The notes below the pieces were generated by a model. The model was not told the origin of the DNA and ran no database searches. It saw only the letters and a program-made list of their open reading frames with translations. DNA of 64,000 nt from Picochlorum sp. SENEW3 (taxonomy: Eukaryota), in the NCBI GenBank assembly GCA_034226945.1, contig CP120456.1, positions 682,001 through 746,000 of the forward strand, in the 5' to 3' direction. This document shows positions 27,055 to 38,984 of this stretch, in pieces. Both the position numbers and the translations under genes were made by a program. Position 1 is the stretch's first letter; each line of letters begins with the position of its first letter.

Positions 27055-27455
27055 GGTATTACGACACTATGAAATCAATCAAATCAGTCTTAATGGAATA
27101 TAAATGAAATACCATCAATGGCATGGCCAGGGTCTGGGAGTCTCATAGTCAAAATCTCCCATCTGGATATCACCAATATATTGCTGTGGGTGGCGCCTTG
27201 TTCGTAGTAGACTAGTCTTCGTAGTAGAGTACCCTGTCCTTTGGTTCATCTCCAGGGCAAGTACTACAAGCATCATTGATATCAACGGATGGTAGATACA
27301 ATTACCTCTGATTTTGATATCTGAGAATTTAATAGAGTATTACTACGAGAAGAAGGGTCTCCTACCACGAACACATTGTATTCTGTCATACAGGCAAGGG
27401 TCTTTGTTGAAGCCGGATACAGTAACAAACACTACGACGAGTAATATCCGTGACG
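27055..27455. promoter_or_regulatory. Bidirectional promoter between GYD1 and SGAT
   Basis: About 400 bp between divergent ATGs. Tandem TTCGTAGTAGA (27201, 27218), GAGTACCCT (27227), ACCTCTGAT (27304) and several inverted CTACGA/CTACTA-like copies. Confidence 0.55.
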
Positions 27456-28888
27456 ATGATGTTGAGACAGTCTCGTAAAGTATCAAAGATTGTTCAGAGG
27501 GCAATGAGCTCTATGCCGGCCTTTGCGGAGGAGGTGTGTCGCTGTTGGTGACATGTGACATGTATTGGTGGTTTCTAAACCTCGTGAGTTTTGGGGTGTG
27601 GTGCTGATCAAATATTTGTTTTTGTATATAGGTTGCTTCTGAGGCAAAGAAAACCTCCACGAGGGCACCATTTTCGTATGAACCTCCTGGGAGGAACCAC
27701 TTGTTCGTTCCAGGTCCGGTGAATATTCACGACAATGTCTTGAGGGCTATGCATGTGGGTGGCCAGAATCACCGCGATGCTTGGTTCCCAGAGTTTTACA
27801 AGACGTGTTTGGAGGAGAGTAAGATGATCTTTGGCACGACTAAGGGTACTCCAATCTTCTGGCCTGGTACTGGAACTGGTGGGTGGGAAGCTGCTCTGAC
27901 GAATACGCTTTCTCCAGGAGACAAAGTCGTGACCTTCAGATATGGACTCTTCTCTCATCTCTGGATTGATATGATGCAGCGCCTCGGACTTGATGTGGAG
28001 GTGATTGACTGCAGATGGGGAGATGGAGCTGATGAGGAGCGTCTTGCAGAAGTATTGAAGGCTGACACTGAGAAGAAGATCAAGGCTGTGTGTGTCGTTC
28101 ATAATGAGACCACTACTGGTGTGACATCAGATATTGGTCATGTGAGGACGACGATGGATGAATTTTCTCATCCAGCAATGCTTTTGGTTGACGGTGTCTC
28201 TTCCATTGGAGCATTGGACTTTAAGTTTGATGAGTGGGGTGTTGATGTGGCCGTCACTGGTTCTCAAAAGGCACTCTCTCTTCCAACTGGTTTGGCTGTG
28301 GTGTGTGCTTCCGAGAAGGCCATTGCTGCGGGCAAGACTGCGACATCCAAGAGAGTGTATTTTGACTTTGCTGATATGCTTAGAACAAATCCATCTGGCA
28401 ATGTGCCATACACACCAGAGCTTCAGATGTTGTATGGCCTCAGGGAATCTTTGAAAATGTTGAGAGAGGAAGGTATGGAGAATGTCGTTGCACGTCATCA
28501 CCGCTTGGCAGAGGGAACCCGTCGCGCTGTGGCTGGATGGGGTCTGGAGACACTCTGCAAAAACCCACGCTGGTACTCTGACTCTCTGACTGTGATCGAA
28601 ACTCCTGAGGGGATTGATTCACAGAAGATTGTAGATATTGCGTACGCAAAGTACAACATGTCTTTGGGCATTGGATTGGACAGAGTCAAGGGCAAGGTGT
28701 TCAGAATCGGACACCTTGGAAACATGGATGAAATAATGCTGAGTGGAGCCCTTAGCGGCGTCGAATTGGCCATGAAAGATGCAGGTGTGCCAATTACTCT
28801 TGGAAGCGGTGTCTCCAAGGCCATGGAGTACTGGAGCGAGACAATGGAGGTCATCCCAACACGGGAGCACTTGGTGCAAGAAGCCTAA
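27456..28888 (+). CDS. SGAT: Serine:glyoxylate aminotransferase (plant AGT1/SGAT type) with mitochondrial-type presequence
   Basis: Exon 1 MMLRQSRKVSKIVQRAMSS, intron 27534-27631, then PGRNHLFVPGPVNI, GTGGWEAALTNTLSPGD, VHNETTTGV, DGVSSIGA, TGSQKALSLP, FRIGHLG. No C-terminal PTS1. Confidence 0.95.
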
Positions 28889-28931
28889 TATGAAATGATT
28901 TTCTCCTCGATTTTGTACAAAAATTATACAT

Positions 28932-29734
28932 TTAATACGATGAACCTCGATTATTTTCCCATATATCATCAATCACTCCAAAGTCTAGTGGCTGGAGGTC
29001 AGGGGCGCTGTGGTCATCTGTCACCATGTATGCATCTTCATCCTCTGATTCCTCATCCTCTTCATCCTCCTCGAAATCTATGTACGGTTCTTCATCATTA
29101 AAATCCCGTCGTAATTGTACAGCCTGACCAAGAACGTGTCCAAGAATCTGGGATGTATCATCCACCATGTCCAAGGACATTGAATGGATTATAGGAGGAA
29201 TACCAACATCATACAGCACTTGAACAATCTCCAACTGATTCAGTTGCCTACATATCATACAATAGTAGTCCATCCTAAATTGTACGCTTGTACCGGACAG
29301 GTGAATAAAAAACATAGCAACACGTACGGAATATTTTGAAACAACAAAACCCTTTCCTGTCCCCACCCACCTCCGTCTATCCAATCAGGAGGTATTGGAC
29401 TCGACCAATCTGGCTCAGAGCCTTCCTGAAAGACCTGTTGAACAGGTGTATATAGCAAATCAGAGGAACACACAATCATTTCAATGGCATTGCCACCTGC
29501 CTCATCGAGTGCCATTCGAATAATTGGCATCTCGGCTACCAAAAACCCAGCCAAAACTATACCCATTTTACCATCATTTTCATAATGATCGTATGTGCTG
29601 GATCGTATGCGGGATTTAGAGCTGTATAAATTCTTCGGTGGAGGGAAAGCGAATGCAATCCTCCCATGCGGACGTGTATGCTGCCTCCGAGATGCTACAT
29701 ACCGATGATGGCACGTGAAAGAGGTAGAAGACAT
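28932..29734 (-). CDS. Putative plastid protein, possibly DUF3783-like
   Basis: Ser/Arg-rich transit-like N-terminus, GIVLAGF..ALDEAGG..C core, acidic C-terminus, one intron. Confidence 0.45.
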
Positions 29735-30294
29735 TGTATTAAATACTCGATATGAGTAATGGAAGCACAGCTGGACAGTTCAATGAGGTCGAATTTTGAA
29801 AAAGAAATGTTTGAATTAAGAAGTCAGCCCTTCTTGTCCAATTGGCTTTGCATGAAGCGTATGCTCAATTCATATGGATTAGCACTATTGCAGTGGATCA
29901 TGCTTGTACTCTACCTTATGTATATATATATATATACATGTACGAGTGGCCACAGCACTGTCACCATAGGGTTCCATCCAATGAGGCCAGCTGCACTGAG
30001 CAGAATATGCATGTACCACGCATCATTCGTCGTGTGGATCCTGTATCCATCCAACTATGGATACAAAGTCATTACACTAGTATCCAAGTTGCCGTATGGC
30101 AACCACTATTGGATTTGAATGTATTCACCATGTTGTGTTCATATGAAATTCTAGGTTCCTAGATCTCGGATCCTTGGATAGGACGCGGCATAAACGAATA
30201 TTCTCCAAGGCACCCTTGCCGGAAGAACAAAATCAAATACAACAATTACCATGAAAATATAATTCATATTAATATTGCAAAGGTCATTCGCGGC

Positions 30295-30462
30295 ATGGGT
30301 AACGCAGCAATTTACGATTCCATACTCCGTCAACAGAAGGAGTCGAGGGACTCTCGGAGGAAGAAGCAAATCGCAAAGGCTGCTAGTACAAAGGAACGAC
30401 TGAGACGCACAAGCGATCGTCTGAAAAACTTGAACGCTCGAAAGGAAGCGGGGAAGAAGTGA
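30295..30462 (+). CDS. Small basic ORF (55 aa), possibly coding
   Basis: MGNAAIYDSILRQQKESRDSRRKKQIAKAASTKERLRRTSDRLKNLNARKEAGKK; below the ORF-track length cutoff. Confidence 0.35.
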   Translation: MGNAAIYDSILRQQKESRDSRRKKQIAKAASTKERLRRTSDRLKNLNARKEAGKK

Positions 30463-30526
30463 GGGGGAGTGAACTTTTGTACAGTATCTGATGACCACAG
30501 TTACATGGGAAAATGTGGCTGCATTT

Positions 30527-31183
30527 CTAATCAGTAGCAGGGACCCATCTTCCTTTCCCTGTAGCTTGATCTATTTCCCAAATTTCCTCAGTATCTTGAT
30601 ACCTATATCCTTTGGCAGCACCACCCTGCAATGAGTATAGACAGAATCATTCACTTGTTTATACGCTCTAATAAATAATTCATGTAATACACACAAGAAT
30701 CCGTGCTACAGTGGATAACAAGTGACGTACATCTAATATAGAGAAAAGGTAATCTTCTACTTTCTGCACCGTGTCCTTGGACACATTGATTGGCTCTCTA
30801 AACACTCTCTGCCTGGCATTACGAAGTGGCGGTGTGATTCCATCTCGCACCTCTCCTGTCGTGGACTCTTCTTCTATAAGGTCGCCGACAACCAATACCT
30901 GGCCTACGTCCCCTGTTTTTACTAAATTGACTTCATCATATGACTTGTAGCATTCGGTTACCCCTGGAAGGTTGAGAACTGTGAGCTGGTATTGCTTCCC
31001 TTGAAAACGAAGAACTCCATTGTAATTGCTCTTATCGAAAACAATCTGGAGATGGTCACTAACATTTTCTTCTTCTCTTAAAATCTTTCTAATTGTCTCA
31101 GCAAGAGCAGGGTCCCTCACTCGCAGGATGAATTCCTCTTCAAACTTCCACTCTCCAAGGATTTCATCCCTTCGTGCAGCCAT
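30527..31183 (-). CDS. TAF7: TFIID subunit TAF7 (TAFII55 N-terminal domain)
   Basis: Motifs EEEFILR, LNLPGVTECYKSYD..LVKTGDVGQ, GITPPLRNAR.R.FR. One intron; last exon ends at 30527. Confidence 0.88.
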
Positions 31184-31439
31184 TCTCTTTTCCTTTCTGT
31201 CGTGATGAAGTAGGGGGAAGAGAAAATGCTTTTTTGGACGTGGCAAAGCCAATGGCACTCATGCCTGTAGATTCGGGGGCATGGAGTCCATGCCATCCAA
31301 GGCCTACGGTCCAGGGCATACGTTGATGGGAGTATGCATCACTGCATTACCCTCTGTCGATGTTTCTGACATCTATGTTCGAAGTGCAAGGTATGCTTTC
31401 AAAAATCATTGGAAAAATTTAGGAGAAAGATATATATAC

Positions 31440-32355
31440 ATGCAGCGAATAAGGAATAGGGGTCTGCAGCGTCTCATATCCAGAGTGGTTGCCTCTGAAG
31501 AGGCAAGGTGGGCAACAGCCGGGTATTCTACTGTTGCCAAGTCGATTCTTGAGATTGATGATGCACAGAAATTTGTAGATTCTATATTTGGAGACGATTT
31601 GGCGTATGTCAAGAAGCGCCTGAAATCTGTGCTCGATAGGCCTGTTCAACCTGGGAAGACTGCTGAGGAATTATCACCTTCTGAGCGAGAGGTATGGCAA
31701 TCTTTGGTAGAAGGCGTGGTTATTGAGATTTAAAAACATAGTTGGATTTTTGCAGGCTATCTTTGAATTATTTCGGCTTCATAATTCGTCTATGAAGGTG
31801 TCTGGGGGTCATATGATAAAGGCAAAGGTGATCAAGAAGGACAAGAAGAAGATTATTTTGGATACTGGGGTGAAGATGGCAACGATTGGGACTCACGAAA
31901 TTACACCTGACTCTATCTTGGAGAAGGCACTAGGGCCTCGGGACGATGGATCTGTGTGTGTGGGTGATACAGTGCAAGTGTTTTTGGAAAGTGTAGAAAC
32001 ACCAGAAGGTGACATGCTGGTGACTGGGCAAGAGTCTGCAGTGCAGAGAAGGACAAAGGCTGTATGGGCGGAGCTGCTGGAAAGATTAAAGGATGGAAAG
32101 CCTGTGAAAGGACGTCTGTTGAATTCGCTGGCAGGAGGATATTCTGTGGGTGTAGCTGGTATTGTTTGCTTTCTTCCAAACAGGAATGCATCCAAGATAA
32201 CCGTTTCACAAATAGGCGAACTTGCAGATTATAGAGTCATACAAATGAATGCATCTAGAAGCAATGTGGTTTTGGAAGATTGTAGATTGCAGCATAGAAA
32301 GCATGGCAAGACCAGTAAGAGGCCTGGCCGGAGGGGTGAATTACTCCGATATTAG
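31440..32355 (+). CDS. S1-domain ribosomal protein, probably mitochondrial bS1
   Basis: Arg-rich presequence. S1-like segments IILDTGVK, VGDTVQVFLESVETPEGD and VKGRLLNSLAGGYSVGVAGIVCFLP. Confidence 0.75.
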
Positions 32356-32410
32356 ATACAGTGTAACACATGGATTTTTATTACAAATCATAAATGTTTG
32401 ATACATAAAT

Positions 32411-33492
32411 ATATGACTTCCACAGCAGTCCCCTTGCTGAGCATCTCCTGGTCCCGAGGATACCAGTTTGATCTCTCAAGCAGTGTTCCAACCAAGCTGG
32501 AAAGGCATCACACTTGGGGTGCCTTGACTGAAGGCACCACTCCATAAACTTTTCCTTTACCAAGCTGGCTTGATTTTGGTATAGTTGAAGTCGTCCACGG
32601 TCTTGATGGACATGGTAGATTGTGGTTTATGAGGCCGTCTTGGAGAAGTGGCTCCAACAACGGACGTCTGCTTGACAGCAATGGTGTGCTTGACAGCAGT
32701 ATCCCTATCCTTGACGACTGTCCAGTTTGCCTTGCTGTCGACGCCTGCAGCCACGGTGAAATGTTGTTCCATGTTGGCCGCTGCTTTCCTGGCACGCCTG
32801 TTCTGTCGCCTCCTGAAATTCTTCTTGGCAGCCTTGGAGTACTGCTCGGCAGGCTCCGGCACCGCCACCTCCAGGAGCCCTCTTTGGAACAGCGGCGTGG
32901 GGTGCTTCCACGTGTTGGCACGGCGTGGTCTGAACTTCTTGGCCACTGCAGCATGTCACAGAAATACGTGTGAGATCATCATCATGTCCACGGTGGCATC
33001 CACAAAGGCACGGGCACCGCCAGGCCTCCAGGTGGGATCCTGGCAAGCAGCGGGCAAGGCCATGACGAAGCGGGTCTCGTGTGTTAACAACGCCACCCAA
33101 CTCCCGGTGTCACCACCCACCATGCCCCCAAACCCACCTCCCCGGGGGCTCAAACACTGTAATATGATATAAGACACGTACTTTGGATAACGATAGCAGC
33201 AATGCGCGCTTGATGAGCGAGTCGGTATGAACTCGAATCGAATCAGATCGTGAGCAGTGGAACGAGTTCCCTTGTGTTTGTGGTGCCTGCGTGGTTGTTT
33301 GGCAGTCACGGTAGCACGTGTATGTTTTGAGTGTCAGTTATCTGACGTTGCGATGTTGTTTGTTGTATTTTGTTTGCGGGAGGTGGTTGGTATGGTGGTG
33401 CATTTGAGCGGTTGTTGGGTCCCGATGGCGCCTGGGGGGTCCTGCCCTCATCCCCTCCCATGGCGCCGGGTGCTGGATGGGACAGCGAGCGT
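32411..33492. repeat. GC-rich dispersed repeat, copy A (longest)
   Basis: 32687-33492 is nearly identical to 58422-59233; 32411-32628 is repeated at 33721-33938. Confidence 0.9.
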
Positions 33493-33720
33493 ACGATGGG
33501 CATTTCCTTTCGACCGCCCTCCCGCAACGGAATCAAAGCACCGCCAAGCAACAGATTGTCAAATGTCGTCGGGACGCAAGGGCAGTATGAGTTCCTTGGA
33601 TATGATGGCAGGCCTGACACACGTGTGCCCAGGTGGTGTAAGTAGATACAGGCATAGTAGGGTTACACGTCATGGCGTGATTGATTCATACAAACATGTG
33701 CATTTTCATACAGTGTGAGA

Positions 33721-34086
33721 ATGTGACTTCCACAGCAGTCCCTTTGCTAAGCATCTCCTGTTTCCGAGGATACCAGTTTGATCTCTCAAGCAGTGTTGCA
33801 ACCAAGCTGCAAAAGGCATCACACTTGGGGTGCCTTGACTGAAGGCACCACTCCATAAACTTTTCCTTTACCAAGCTGGCTTGATTTTGGTATAGTTGAA
33901 GTCGTCCACGGTCTTGATGGACATGGCAGATTGTGATTTATGTATGTGTATGTTTTGAGTGTCAGTTATCTGACATTGCGATGTTGTTTGCGGGAGGTGG
34001 TTGGTATGGTGGTGCATTTGAGAGGTTGTTGGGTCCCGATGGCTCCTCAGATGAGGTCCTGACCTCATCCCCTCCCATGGCGCCGG
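33721..34086. repeat. Internally deleted, more diverged tandem copy C of the same repeat
   Basis: Matches copy A 32411-32628, then jumps to the 33318-33470 segment. Confidence 0.85.
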
Positions 34087-34461
34087 TTGTGTTAGTCTAT
34101 CTTTGAGTAAATCTTGAGTTCAATTTTAAATTTGAATACAATCAAGTGTGAATGATAAACATGCACTTAAGGTTTAGATGTCAATGCTCAAACCTTGCAA
34201 TGTGCATTCAATTTTGTTTTGACCTGCATCTTTTCATTAGCCACAATCATATCGACAAGGGGCTGTTCAGTGGATCTTGTTCTTGAAATCCTCAAATGTT
34301 GGATGTTGATTGCAGATACTATCATCAAAGAGGAGTGTGCTGTGCTACCTCAGAATTTTGTTGTCCCTTTCCTCCAGATGATGGGAAGATGGCATCATCC
34401 TGGATTAAGGATTCAAAAGCTGCATGAATCAAAAGCAGATGTGAACACGTGGAAGAATATA

Positions 34462-36087
34462 TTAAAACATATCAAGCAGTGACGTACTTGCATTTATTCC
34501 ACACAGCAAGGATTCCATGGCAGAGTCCGTTGGTGTTGCCAATGGCGGTGGCATCTCATTCGGATCAGAGCCCTTGAATTGAAACAGGTGAGAATTTTCA
34601 AAGTTGCCATTATCTTGTCTAACATCTAATGGCCTTGTGCTCGGATAGAGCTCGGTATGGTGGCTTTGTGGATGATCTACCTGTGCATTCAGATGAGGAA
34701 TCTCCAATATTGGGACATTGTCAGTTGGCGGGGACTGAGACATCATTAGTTGTACAAATGCTGCAACAGGATCGTCGGTTGGTCCACTTTGTCTGGAGGT
34801 GGTGGGCTCTCCTGCTTGAACAAGATTGGTGACCGCAGGAATCTTATTCTGGGGCAGTGTTGGGACATAGAATCTTTCCATAGAGGCAAGATTCCCACAT
34901 GCATGTACGTTGCCTCGTTGCTGCTGCTGGTACTGAAGTTGTTGCTCTTGCTGCTGCTGCTGTAAATCATGGTTGAGTTCCTGGAGCCAATGTGCCAGAG
35001 AGTTTTCCATGCATTGCTGATTGTTTGTCTGGCTCTGCCATTGTGCAAATGGAGATGTTGTATTCTGTGCATGGGCTGTCAAATTAATCGTGTGCCTGGA
35101 ATGAGAGTAATCCTCAACCTTTCCTTTCTTCATTGACTGTGTCCTGCGTATCGCATGCTGCGATTTCTCATCCTCAATATCGTCCATCATAGAAGAAAAT
35201 CGTTTCTGTCCTGATGATGCTGCTTTCCGAAGTCGCGCACTCAATCTTTTGGGAGTAGCCAAGGAATCAAAACTTTCTTTTCTTGCAAAATCTCCCCCTG
35301 CTGGAGAAATTGGTGGAAATAGCTGTACAGGAGTGAAACTGCTCTCCCAGCCCGGCCAAGATGAGTCAACTTCCATGAACATTTCAATATGAGCAGCTCC
35401 AGTTGGGACATCGTTATTTGCCAGCACTCTGATTGGCTGAGAAACTGATGTCCCAATCAAGGATCCATTGGCATCAAATGCTCCACACACAAGCCTAAAG
35501 CATCTGCATCCAACGTGTGTCACAGCTTCGTCCAATGAGAGATACATGTATCTCGAATCCTTCATGTTGGAGTTAGTCCTATCTAATCTCCCTCCTGTTG
35601 ACGCTGGAGATTTTGGAGTATTACAATTACTCCCTGAGCGTTTACCCATCTTTCCAAATCGCTGGATGGCTCTCATGACTGGACCCTCACACCCTCTCTT
35701 GCATTCTCCTCTATTCACCAGGATCCAATCATATAAGCCATCTTTGTTCATCATGTGATTCATTTCGTCTCCAATTCGTGTATCATACACAAGATATGCA
35801 GACAAAGTAACCACCTCGTCATTCGTGAGTGTTATCTGATAGCTGATCCCCCCACAATCTCCCAATTCTGGAACAGCAGGACCTCCATGCATTGCCTGTT
35901 TTGAGTGCAGCTCCCTTTTGCCGTCTTTCTCCATTAACACCACCTCAATCTGATTATACGACCATCGCTTCTTCCCCAACTTGTATGCCTTGATTTCCTG
36001 GGCCGAGGGCACGCCTTGCACCACCTCCTGGAAACTTGCCCCTCTTGTAGTTGAGATTGGACACAATGTCCTCCCATTTGCCTCCAT
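34462..36087 (-). CDS. Putative transcription factor-like protein (globular N-terminal domain, basic patch, Gln-rich low-complexity C-terminus)
   Basis: Intronless ORF of about 540 aa from MEANG. FRLVC..SVSQPIRVLANND strand motif, basic PKRLSARLRK, polyQ tract. Confidence 0.5.
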   Translation of the reverse strand: MEANGRTLCPISTTRGASFQEVVQGVPSAQEIKAYKLGKKRWSYNQIEVVLMEKDGKRELHSKQAMHGGPAVPELGDCGGISYQITLTNDEVVTLSAYLVYDTRIGDEMNHMMNKDGLYDWILVNRGECKRGCEGPVMRAIQRFGKMGKRSGSNCNTPKSPASTGGRLDRTNSNMKDSRYMYLSLDEAVTHVGCRCFRLVCGAFDANGSLIGTSVSQPIRVLANNDVPTGAAHIEMFMEVDSSWPGWESSFTPVQLFPPISPAGGDFARKESFDSLATPKRLSARLRKAASSGQKRFSSMMDDIEDEKSQHAIRRTQSMKKGKVEDYSHSRHTINLTAHAQNTTSPFAQWQSQTNNQQCMENSLAHWLQELNHDLQQQQQEQQLQYQQQQRGNVHACGNLASMERFYVPTLPQNKIPAVTNLVQAGEPTTSRQSGPTDDPVAAFVQLMMSQSPPTDNVPILEIPHLNAQVDHPQSHHTELYPSTRPLDVRQDNGNFENSHLFQFKGSDPNEMPPPLATPTDSAMESLLCGINASTSLLDMF

Positions 36088-36699
36088 TCTCCTCGATAAA
36101 GCGTGTATGATGCTTCTGAATCTCTTATTTGTCCCGATTGGAGGCAATCGCCAGAAAGAGATAGGGATCTCGCTCACGAATCACGTGTTCCCAGTCTCTG
36201 TTCCGTCTTTGCCTGTCTCCTGTCCCGCCAAAGACCTGGGAAGCAATTCTGCAACAAAGACACCACCTTTGAATCAAAATAGTTGAATTAAAAAGGAAAA
36301 ATCCCTCAACGCAAGTATCATGGACCAATCTTCCACCAAAGTAGATACAGATTCACAAAACCAGGGATGGCAGATCTACAAGAGTAGATTCCTCTGCTCC
36401 ACCACTCATACCCCCAAATCGTACCTGATGAGGTGCTGATAGGCAAAGTAGAGTAATTATATGTATTAATATTCATTGATTGGAGACTATATGGGTTGCA
36501 AGGGCATAATTCACACGTAGCTTCCCGACCAGGTAGATCAACCCGAAATGGATGTCGGAGGACCGATCAATTCCATCCTGAAAAGGGGGGATGTACCCAA
36601 GGAGGTTTTCAATATCTATTTAAGAAAACTTATTCCCTTTTGACATTGAGTCCATATGTTTTGACCAGAACGGCGATCAATATACATTTTGAATGCACA

Positions 36700-37780
36700 A
36701 TGTCTGATAAAAATACAATATGTGGCCCAAGTGGCGCTGTTGCTCCAGAGACCGAGAGTGGTCCTCGAGTTGAGGACAATGCAGTTGAACAGAATGTGAC
36801 TCAGGAACAGCCTCAGAATAGCGTAGTAATAAAAGAGGTAACAGATGAGAATCTAAGAGCGGCGTTGATGGAGTTGTTGGAAAAGAGCGATTTAAATGTG
36901 ACAACAGGTGCGTCACAATGTTTGACTTTTTTTCATGGATTTGATCGGATTTTAATGAGTATGATTGATTTGTAATGTAGCTAAAATGTTGAGGAAGGAA
37001 CTGGAGAAGATATTTGGGGATTTATCCGGGAAAAAGTCCTTTATAAAGGAGGAGATTACACAGTATGTGATGCGGCAGCAGGACGATGGCAATGACGATA
37101 CTAATGATGCCGACGATGAGGATAAGGATGATGATGGTGATGAAGAAGACGTTCCGGTAGCTCGATCAGGGAAGAGGCGGGCGCGATTTGGGCAAATCTT
37201 GTCCTATGAGATGAGCGAGTTTCTTGGAATGGAGGAGTGTCCTCGAGGGCAGGTTGTGAAAAAGTTGTGGGAATATATCAAGGGGAATAAGCTTCAGGAC
37301 CCTAAAAATGGACAGAGAATAATATTAGATGATAAACTCAAGGTGTTGTTTCCTGGGAGGAAATCTCTAAACATGTTTGCCATGAACAAGCTGATCAGCA
37401 AGCATGTTTTTATTGATGACACAATGTATGAGCAGAGCAGCGTGAAGAAGAAGCCAAAAGAGAAGAAAAGGGCCAACCCTCCTCCAAAGAGCACTGAAGC
37501 GAAGAAATCAAAGGCTGATGGGGCAAAGAAGACAAGTGTGTTCTCCAAGCCTGTCAAGTTGTCACCAGAGCTGCAGGCTTGGATGGGGAGCGAAACATCC
37601 TCACGCCCAGAAATAACGAAAAAGTTCTGGGAGTATGTCAAGGAACATAATTTGCAGGATTCTTCGGATCGAAGATATGTAAACGCTGATGATACCTTGC
37701 AGTATCTAACAGGAGAATCTCACTTCAAGGCATTTACCTTTATCAAGTTGATAAAGGATCATGTCCTGGGGTTTGCATAA
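36700..37780 (+). CDS. DEK-C plus double SWIB/MDM2 protein (UAF30-like)
   Basis: DEK-C-like LMELLEKSDLNVTT..LRKELE. SWIB motifs RGQVVKKLWEYIKGNKLQDP and RPEITKKFWEYVKEHNLQD. Confidence 0.88.
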
Positions 37781-37863
37781 ATCGCGTATTTAATCGTATG
37801 CTGGTTTCTATCAGAAATCGAGTATGTATATTCTGTTGCAAAATATGAATACCTGTAAACATT

Positions 37864-38862
37864 TTAATTCTTCACCTTGTCAGCAGGAATGAGGCCAACG
37901 TTTTTCAAAATGCCAACAGCAGACTTGTCTAAATTCAAAGTATACATGTGCAAGCCTGGCACTCCAGCAGCAAGGAGCCTCTGGCACATTTGTGTCCCAA
38001 GAGACACACCAAACGCTTTGACAGCCTCATCATTGTCTTTGATGGTTTCAAGCACATTTGTGATATGCTCTGGCACATACGTCTTGCAGAAGCTTGTCAT
38101 GCGCTTAAATCCACCATAGTTCATTATAGGCATGATGCCTGGAAGAATTGGAACATTGATGCCAGCAGACTTGCAATCAGTCACAAACTTGAGAAACAAA
38201 TCAACATCATAAAAGAGCTGTGTGATCACAAAGTCAGCACCGGCTTCAACCTTCTTCTTTAGATAATCAATGTCTTCCCAATACTTCTTCTTCATCTCCT
38301 CTGGATCGTCTACAATCTGATCTGGATGTGCTTCTGGGTACCCACTCACACATATTCCAAAGTAATCTCCATGCTTTTCGCGAATATACTTGACCAAATC
38401 CAGAGCACATGCAAATCCTCCTTCTACTTGTGTAAACTTGTCCTCTCCATGAGGTGGATCGCCCCGCAAAGCGAGGATGTTTCTGATCCCTGCTTCTTTG
38501 CACTGCTGTAGGGCCGCCTCGAGCTTTTCAACAGGCATATTCGTGCATGTCAGATGCATCATAGTCTCCGCTTGAACCTATACAGCGTCAGAAATTCATT
38601 TAATCTCACTCACGTGGGATTATGCAGTCAATAGACGACCTACCTCGTTCTGCATCTTCTCGGCAATTGTCAGAGTCAGGTCTGCTGTCGACCCTCCAGC
38701 ACCCCATGTAATGTCACAGAACAATGGATCCAGGGATTTCATATATATCTGACGCTGATGAAGGTTTTTGACCCCTTCATCGGTCTTTGGAGGAAAGTAT
38801 TCAAACGAGTAAAATGTCTCTCCATTATCAATTTTCGAGTTGATCTTCTCTATGATCTTCAT
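37864..38862 (-). CDS. MTHFR: Methylenetetrahydrofolate reductase, eukaryote-type catalytic domain only (about 310 aa)
   Basis: Motifs [72 protein letters not shown]. Stop directly after the barrel; intron 38578-38643. Confidence 0.93.
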
Positions 38863-38984
38863 CTTTGTCAATCTGAGTTTTAATATGAAATATGAATTAT
38901 TTTTCTACGTTGAAATTGATTAGTCATTGAAATAAGGGCATTGCATGCCATGTTGCATTATTGATCGAGTGGTGGTCAGCACCT

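Noticed and set aside
29975..30005. AGGCCAGCTGCACTGAGCAG resembling SRP RNA helix 8
   Set aside because: The stem register does not fit, and no helix-6 GNAR loop or Alu domain is apparent.
32508..33718. Overlapping ORFs in the repeat as transposase, gag or reverse transcriptase
   Set aside because: No DDE, zinc-knuckle, YxDD or HUH motifs; open frames are expected in GC-rich DNA.
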